From an uncultured Verrucomicrobiae bacterium (lineage in GTDB: Bacteria; Verrucomicrobiota; Verrucomicrobiia; Chthoniobacterales; JAFAMB01), in contig CAWIPH010000001.1 of NCBI GenBank assembly GCA_963837955.1, forward strand, positions 192,001 through 256,000: a stretch of DNA of 64,000 bases, written 5' to 3'. A model generated the notes under the pieces. It saw only the letters and a list, made by a program, of their open reading frames with translations. It was not told the origin of the DNA and did not search any database. The position numbers were made by a program, and so were the translations under genes. How positions within the stretch are numbered: the first letter of the stretch is position 1; every line of letters starts with the position of its first letter. Of this stretch, positions 58,524-64,000 are shown in pieces.

Positions 58524-59837
58524 TTAACCACCGCTAGTACTTCCTTGGGGTTGTGAAGGTGGCGTTTCGTCTGAAGCAGCGGTCTTTTGATCTCGCTGGC
58601 GATTCCGGACGGGGCTATTCGATTCACTAATCCGCTGCGGCGATTTTCCGGGAGTCGTTAAAATGACCTTCGAACCCGGCTGGAGCTTATACTGCCCATC
58701 CACCACAACCTGTTCCCCTTCTTGGAGGCCGTCGTCGATCAGCGCTAGGCCGTTATCGACTTGATTGACGGTGAGGGGTCGCATCTCGACCGTCTGATCC
58801 GGTTTAATGACATAGGCAAACGCTCCATTCGGTCCGCGTTGAACCACCGAAGCAGGTACGACTAGCCCATCTTTACGCGTCGTCACCAAAAGCCGCGAAT
58901 TGACGAATTGACCTGGCCAAAGCTTCAGATCCTCGTTAGCAAAAGTTGCCTTTAACAGAATCGTGCCAGTCGTTTGGTCAATCTGGTTATTGACCACCGC
59001 CAGCACTCCTTCGCTCAGAGGTTTGCTGTAATCGCGATCCACGGCAAACACTTTCAGCTGTCCCTTAGCCGCCTCTTCGTTGACTTGAGTAAGTTCTTGC
59101 TGCGGAAGCGTGAAGACCACCGAAATCGGCTTGAGCTGAGTTATAGTCACAATGCCGTTCGAGTCAGATGCGTGCACGATGTTGCCGACATCGACCTGGC
59201 GAACGCCAGTTCGGCCATCGATTGGCGACGTTACTTTAGTGTAGTCCAGATTTACTTTGGCACTCTCGATGTTCGCCTCATCCGCCTTCACCAGAGCTTG
59301 GAACTGCTCGACTTGGAATTTGGCAGTGTCGTAGGTCTGGTGGTCGAGCACGTTCTTAGCGATCAGGTCGGCGTCTCGCTGGAATACGACCTGCGCATTG
59401 TCGAGCTGTGCTTGATCCTGGGCTCGTTTGGCTAGCGCCTGATCATAGACTGCCTGATAAGGCGCAGAATCAATCACGGCCAAGAGATCTCCGGTCTTCA
59501 CATCCTGCCCTTCCTTGAAGGCAATCTGCTTTATTTGACCGTCCACCCGGACTCGGACCGTCACCGTGTTGTATGCTTGAACGGTGCCGATACCATTGAG
59601 AAAAATGGGCACATCCTGCTTCTTCACCGTTCCAGCAACTATCGGAACCGGCGCCCCGGCTCCCGCGCCTGGGCCGCCCGGGTGGCCATTCGAAGGATGT
59701 TGCGCGCTTTTACCCTGCCCATCCGTTTGCGAGGTGTCCTGAGAAGGAGAATCGGCTGGCGGTCGATGCAGGTACCACCAAACGCCAGTGGTTCCAGCAA
59801 GAAACACCAAAAGAATGATCCAGCGGAACCTGCGCAT
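58524..59837 (-). CDS. mdtA: RND periplasmic adaptor, MdtA-like
   Basis: GTVQAYNTVTVRVRVDG, SPIDGRTG, NQIDQTTGT, LWPGQFVN; start MRRFRW. Confidence 0.92.
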   Translation of the reverse strand: MRRFRWIILLVFLAGTTGVWWYLHRPPADSPSQDTSQTDGQGKSAQHPSNGHPGGPGAGAGAPVPIVAGTVKKQDVPIFLNGIGTVQAYNTVTVRVRVDGQIKQIAFKEGQDVKTGDLLAVIDSAPYQAVYDQALAKRAQDQAQLDNAQVVFQRDADLIAKNVLDHQTYDTAKFQVEQFQALVKADEANIESAKVNLDYTKVTSPIDGRTGVRQVDVGNIVHASDSNGIVTITQLKPISVVFTLPQQELTQVNEEAAKGQLKVFAVDRDYSKPLSEGVLAVVNNQIDQTTGTILLKATFANEDLKLWPGQFVNSRLLVTTRKDGLVVPASVVQRGPNGAFAYVIKPDQTVEMRPLTVNQVDNGLALIDDGLQEGEQVVVDGQYKLQPGSKVILTTPGKSPQRISESNSPVRNRQRDQKTAASDETPPSQPQGSTSGG

Positions 59838-60363
59838 AATTATTATTTCCAAAATCGCGCTGACATCTGTATACGCGAGGGCTGCGACCCAGGATAGTAC
59901 ACCGTTTTTCGCCCACCTGATAACACGGAAGGAACCAATTCCGAGATCGTCCGTGCGGATCGCTTCCGTTTTCGTGCAAAATTCATGAGCTTTTCCCAAT
60001 TCGGTTTCATCGTTTCCTCCCTCAACGCATCGGAGCGAGATTTTTGCCTTTGCAGGCGCACCTTCTGTGCCCGCTTAGAGAATGATCGCGCGGCCATTGA
60101 ATTTCTCATGCATACATGAGACGCACCCCGCCTCCGGGGTCCCGCCCGTTTTCCGTCAACGGTCGGATGAGACACGTGGGCGGCTACCAACAATGGCCGA
60201 AGGTATTCCCGATCGCTATCTATAGGACCGACAGCTCCATCGTGGTGGTTGGTTTTGTCAGCCGTCAGCGGCTCCGCGATGCCATTGATGATCTGGACGG
60301 GCCCGGCGCTGTGGGATAATCCCCGCTATTGTCCCCGACTCGCGCGTGACTCCGCCGGGGTTT

Positions 60364-62091
60364 CTACTGTTTCTTCGGCGTCTCGTTCCACCGGGGCCGA
60401 TCCATGAGAAGCAAACACTCGTTGTTGGCGAATGAGGTCACCGATTTTAGCGGAAAATCATTTATTCCCTGCGGAAGTCCGACGACGAGCGTCGCCCAAT
60501 CGCTATACTCGCCGAGCACGATATCCGACAAAAATTTCAAGTCGCGAGAAATAGGCGTTAGATAAAGGCCGACCACCGGCCCTCCTAAAGACTCGAAATC
60601 GTGATACTCGTAAAATTGTTTTCGCCGTTGGGGAAGCCAGAGGGATTTGCGGTCCGAATACCAGGCAATCGCCCAGGGCATATCGGAGGCGACAATCTCA
60701 TCGGACTTCGTCCACGTCCCAATCAGCTGCATCACAGCTGGAGCATAGGGAGGGAACTGCATCGGCGGTACGTTGGAAAAAATTCCGAATCCAAAGAGAG
60801 CTGGCAATCCGGTAATCAGAAAAAAACCGGCATAAATAACATACCGGAAAAGGTGCTGCTCAAGCCCTAGTCGATAGAAAAATACGAGGATCATCGCGAA
60901 TCCGTAGATGGCCAGAGCGGGACCGAGAAGTATCAATATCTGGTTAGGCCCGATCGCCTGCCCGTTTGTACCGATCGAAATAGAGCCGGCAAACGCACCC
61001 AGCAACAGGAGAAATATCAGCCACTTAAAGGTGTTAGTCTCCTGTCGCTTAAATGGGTGAAAGAGGGCAGCAAAAAAGAAGGGAGCAACAGCTATTCCGC
61101 CGAGCAAGATGTAAAGCGAGCCTAGCTGCTCCTTAAAGTTGATGATCATCCGGCCACGAAACGCGGGAGGAGTTACCTCAGACAGGTCGGGATCACTCTG
61201 GCGCATCCAACCGGTTTCGGTGTGGACTACATGATCGAGCAGCGCGAACGGGCTGATGCCAAACGGCGTTTTGGAGACATGCAGATCCCGCACTATCCAA
61301 GTGGAAAATAGGGCTAAGCAAAGCAGGCCGGGCAAGAGCGCACCGAGGGGTCGAGGACGAAAGTACCCCCAACAAAACACTAACGCCGCCCCAGAAATCC
61401 AAAGAGTGATCGGATGACACAAGGCCATGGCACCTTGAAATAGTCCAAGCAGTGCCAGCCAAAGATAAGGGTTCCGCGCGTCCACCCGAGCGATGATCGC
61501 TTTGACCAGGCACCACAGCGAACAGCTCGTCAGAAACAGTAGAAACATCTGGGGCAAACCGGAAAGCGAAAATTGCCAGAATTGATCCGCCACTAACGTG
61601 ATCCCGGTTGCCAGCCACGCCACCTTGGTATCGAACAACAATCGAGCAACGTGGAAGTTGACGAACAAGGCGCACAAGAAGAAAAGGGCAGAGACACCGG
61701 CAATCAAACGGTCACCTCGGTAGACTTGCTCTCCAGCGTCTACTTTTTGATCGAGTTGTGAGGCTAGCAGATAGAGTGCGCCGGCGTTCACTATCGGGTT
61801 TAATGGTGCGTGGTAGAGGTCGGGAACATTTGCCGCTGGCAACTGGCCAAAGGTCTGCTGCAGAACATGCGCTTCCAAAGGGCGGATGTTTTTCGTACTG
61901 AATCCATTGCCGCGCGCTATCTCGCGCGCTATTTGAGCCTGATCCATCCCGGTTGGAGTCGATAGGCCGCGAAACTGAAGAAAGAGATAGGCAAGACCCA
62001 GAGCGATGGCGGCCACTAACAAGAGTACTACTCGAAAAAAACCTGCTATCCTTCCCTGCTCGAGGGAATGGACGAAGCCTTGCACATTCAT
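60364..62091 (-). CDS. GT-C-like (family 39/ArnT-like) polytopic membrane protein
   Basis: MDQAQIAREIARGNGF, PDLYHAPL.P, about 12 TM segments, SDMPWAIAWY; family inferred. Confidence 0.7.
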   Translation of the reverse strand: MNVQGFVHSLEQGRIAGFFRVVLLLVAAIALGLAYLFLQFRGLSTPTGMDQAQIAREIARGNGFSTKNIRPLEAHVLQQTFGQLPAANVPDLYHAPLNPIVNAGALYLLASQLDQKVDAGEQVYRGDRLIAGVSALFFLCALFVNFHVARLLFDTKVAWLATGITLVADQFWQFSLSGLPQMFLLFLTSCSLWCLVKAIIARVDARNPYLWLALLGLFQGAMALCHPITLWISGAALVFCWGYFRPRPLGALLPGLLCLALFSTWIVRDLHVSKTPFGISPFALLDHVVHTETGWMRQSDPDLSEVTPPAFRGRMIINFKEQLGSLYILLGGIAVAPFFFAALFHPFKRQETNTFKWLIFLLLLGAFAGSISIGTNGQAIGPNQILILLGPALAIYGFAMILVFFYRLGLEQHLFRYVIYAGFFLITGLPALFGFGIFSNVPPMQFPPYAPAVMQLIGTWTKSDEIVASDMPWAIAWYSDRKSLWLPQRRKQFYEYHDFESLGGPVVGLYLTPISRDLKFLSDIVLGEYSDWATLVVGLPQGINDFPLKSVTSFANNECLLLMDRPRWNETPKKQ

Positions 62092-62098
62092 CTCTTCT

Positions 62099-63463
62099 TT
62101 AGCGCTCTTTTTCGGAAATGTTCAACTCTCTAAGCCGGCGGTGCAGCGTTCGACGACTAATACCAAGTTTTTTTGCCGCCTCTGTACGGTTTCCACCCGT
62201 CTCGTCGAGCGCCCGCATAATGAGCCGCATCTCCTGGTCATGTAAATTCATTTGTCCGGCTTTTTCTGGCCCTTCTCCAAATTTGGCTCCGGCATTCTGG
62301 ACAATAGTTAAAGGAAGATCCTGTAACGTGATTTCGGAGCCAGACGCTAGCGTGACACCGGAATCGATCGCACCCTTGAGCTCTCGCACGTTACCCGGCC
62401 AATCATATCGGAGCAGGCATTCCATCGCACTCGGATCGAGGGGGCGAAACGGCTTACCGTCCCGCTGACTGATCTCTTTCAGAAAAGCATTCGCAAGAAG
62501 CGGTATGTCCTCTTTGCGTTCCCGCAATGGGGGAACCCGAATCTCGATCACATTGAGACGATAAAAGAGATCTTCCCGGAATTTGCCTTCGCTGACCAAT
62601 GCCCGCAGATCGCGATTGGTAGCCGCGATCAGACGAAAGTCCGCTTGGATCGTTTGATTACCGCCGACCCGCTCGAACAAGCCAGGGTCCAATGCCCGCA
62701 GCAACTTCACCTGAACGTTGCTGTCGATCTCCCCGATTTCATCCACAAAAAGGGTTCCACCAGCCGCTTGCTCCATTCGACCAATTCTCCTTTCCGACGC
62801 ACCGGTGAACGAGCCCCGCTCGTGTCCGAAGAGTTCGCTTTCAATGAGTTGCGGTGAAAAAGCCGCGCAATTGAAGGCAACGAATCGGTTCTTGGCCCGA
62901 CTACTCAAATGATGGATTGCGTGGGCAATCAATTCTTTGCCCGTGCCACTCTCGCCCGCGATCAATACGGTGGCGCGGCTGGGAGCCACCTGCCGGATCG
63001 TATCGTAGACCCGTTGCATGACGAGCGACTCGCCAATCAGATTTTCTAGTCCATAGCGATCGTCTACCTGCTGACGCAATTGCACGTTTTCCTCTGCCAG
63101 CTTCCGGCTCTGGATCGCCCGAGTGATTTTGATCGCCAGCTCGTCGAGGTTGATCGGCTTGGTCACGAAGTCGTATGCCCCACGCTTCATCGCATCCACC
63201 GCTGTCGCGATCGAACCGTAGGCCGTCATCAGCATACAAATCGGTGCGCGAGGACCCTGCCGAATCTTGGCGATTAAACTAAGGCCATCCTCGTCCCCCA
63301 ACCGCAGATCGGTTAAAACCAGATCAATCCGGTCGGCTGCAATGACGCTGAGCGCTTCGTCGGTGTTGCTCGCAGTGTAAACGTCAAAATCCTCTTCGAG
63401 CGATTGTCGCAACCCGTCGCGAGTATGTTTCTCGTCGTCAACAATCAGAATCGTGCCCTGCAT
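62099..63463 (-). CDS. Sigma54-dependent response regulator (NtrC/AtoC family)
   Basis: REC domain, GESGTGKE, ESELFGHERGSFTGA, WPGNVREL, Fis-type HTH. Confidence 0.95.
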   Translation of the reverse strand: MQGTILIVDDEKHTRDGLRQSLEEDFDVYTASNTDEALSVIAADRIDLVLTDLRLGDEDGLSLIAKIRQGPRAPICMLMTAYGSIATAVDAMKRGAYDFVTKPINLDELAIKITRAIQSRKLAEENVQLRQQVDDRYGLENLIGESLVMQRVYDTIRQVAPSRATVLIAGESGTGKELIAHAIHHLSSRAKNRFVAFNCAAFSPQLIESELFGHERGSFTGASERRIGRMEQAAGGTLFVDEIGEIDSNVQVKLLRALDPGLFERVGGNQTIQADFRLIAATNRDLRALVSEGKFREDLFYRLNVIEIRVPPLRERKEDIPLLANAFLKEISQRDGKPFRPLDPSAMECLLRYDWPGNVRELKGAIDSGVTLASGSEITLQDLPLTIVQNAGAKFGEGPEKAGQMNLHDQEMRLIMRALDETGGNRTEAAKKLGISRRTLHRRLRELNISEKER

Positions 63464-63601
63464 GGATGGACTGGCCTGGACCCACAATGCCATCTATCAG
63501 CACAGATTCCAAGAGCAGGTGTGCCAAGTCGGCGCAGTCAATGCGGTGCGAGGGAAAGAGGATCGGAGAGCGGAGTACTCCATTGCTCCTCGTCCAAACC
63601 T

Positions 63602-64000
63602 TTAACCTCCAGGGTTGGGAGCTGGCTCGCCCTCGGGATTCATGGCAGCTTCATTGCGGTCGCTCAGAAGTCGCGTCCGCTTATCCCCATAAGGAAGGTG
63701 GATTGTCACCCTAACTCCTTTCCCTTCGTTGCTCTCGATCTCCACTTCTCCCCCATGTTCCCGAACAATTCGGCGCACAATCAGCAGACCCAAACCGCTG
63801 CCAGACGACTTGGTCGTGAAGTAAGGCTGGAAAAGCTTGCTCATGTTTTCGGACGAAAGACCGCCGCCCGTATCGACAAAGGCGATGGAGACGAAGTTAT
63901 CATCACGCCAGGAACGAATATGAAGGATGCCTCCCTTCTTCATAGCCTGAAACGCGTTTTTGATCACATTGTAGAAGGCCTGTTTCATTTGGTCGCGGTC
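63602..64000 (-). CDS. Sensor histidine kinase, C-terminal HATPase part (partial)
   Basis: QAFYNVIKNA, DTGGG, PYFTTK, GLGL. Confidence 0.9.
   Translation of the reverse strand, partial: DRDQMKQAFYNVIKNAFQAMKKGGILHIRSWRDDNFVSIAFVDTGGGLSSENMSKLFQPYFTTKSSGSGLGLLIVRRIVREHGGEVEIESNEGKGVRVTIHLPYGDKRTRLLSDRNEAAMNPEGEPAPNPGG

Noticed and set aside
59840..60363. ORFs or ncRNA upstream of mdtA
   Set aside because: There are no recognisable motifs; this is likely promoter or intergenic DNA.
63511..63527. TTGGCACACCTGCTCT upstream of the second sigma54 regulator
   Set aside because: There is no GC at the required 10-bp spacing.

Overview
64 kb of bacterial chromosome, GC roughly mid-50s% by eye. Gene content and style suggest Verrucomicrobiota, possibly Chthoniobacterales (inference). 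I found no rRNA, tRNA, CRISPR array, prophage or intact transposase. In order, the window holds: a partial DUF2130 gene; a DUF4097 protein; a kdp potassium-uptake locus; a thioredoxin-like protein; tandem MctP-type symporters; a sugar ABC importer without an ATPase; CHAD and CYTH genes; Hsp20-Lon; a UvrD/PcrA helicase; a Tat-exported SOD; ilvB; lysS; an MFS transporter; lolC/E; a metallophosphoesterase; priA; a lytic transglycosylase; a GT-C-like membrane protein; nfo; a frameshifted AsmA-like gene; an uncharacterised coupled gene pair; a GYF_2/Yip1 plus DUF2752 pair; a YycJ-like hydrolase; adk; fmt; mdtABC; and a second sigma54 two-component system with another GT-C-like gene. Four things stand out. 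(1) The kdp locus has non-canonical wiring: KdpD is reduced to its soluble part, there is no KdpE, and there is a separate kinase, a REC-TPR protein, two small membrane peptides, a nearby sigma54 activator and a recognisable -24/-12 promoter with candidate IHF and UAS sites. (2) Short 7/8/9-mer tandem repeats sit at gene ends with a strand bias, often as inverted pairs. (3) There are several REP/REPIN-like families and a 263-bp fold-back element. (4) Two +1 frameshifts and a priA gene with no canonical start may be sequence errors.
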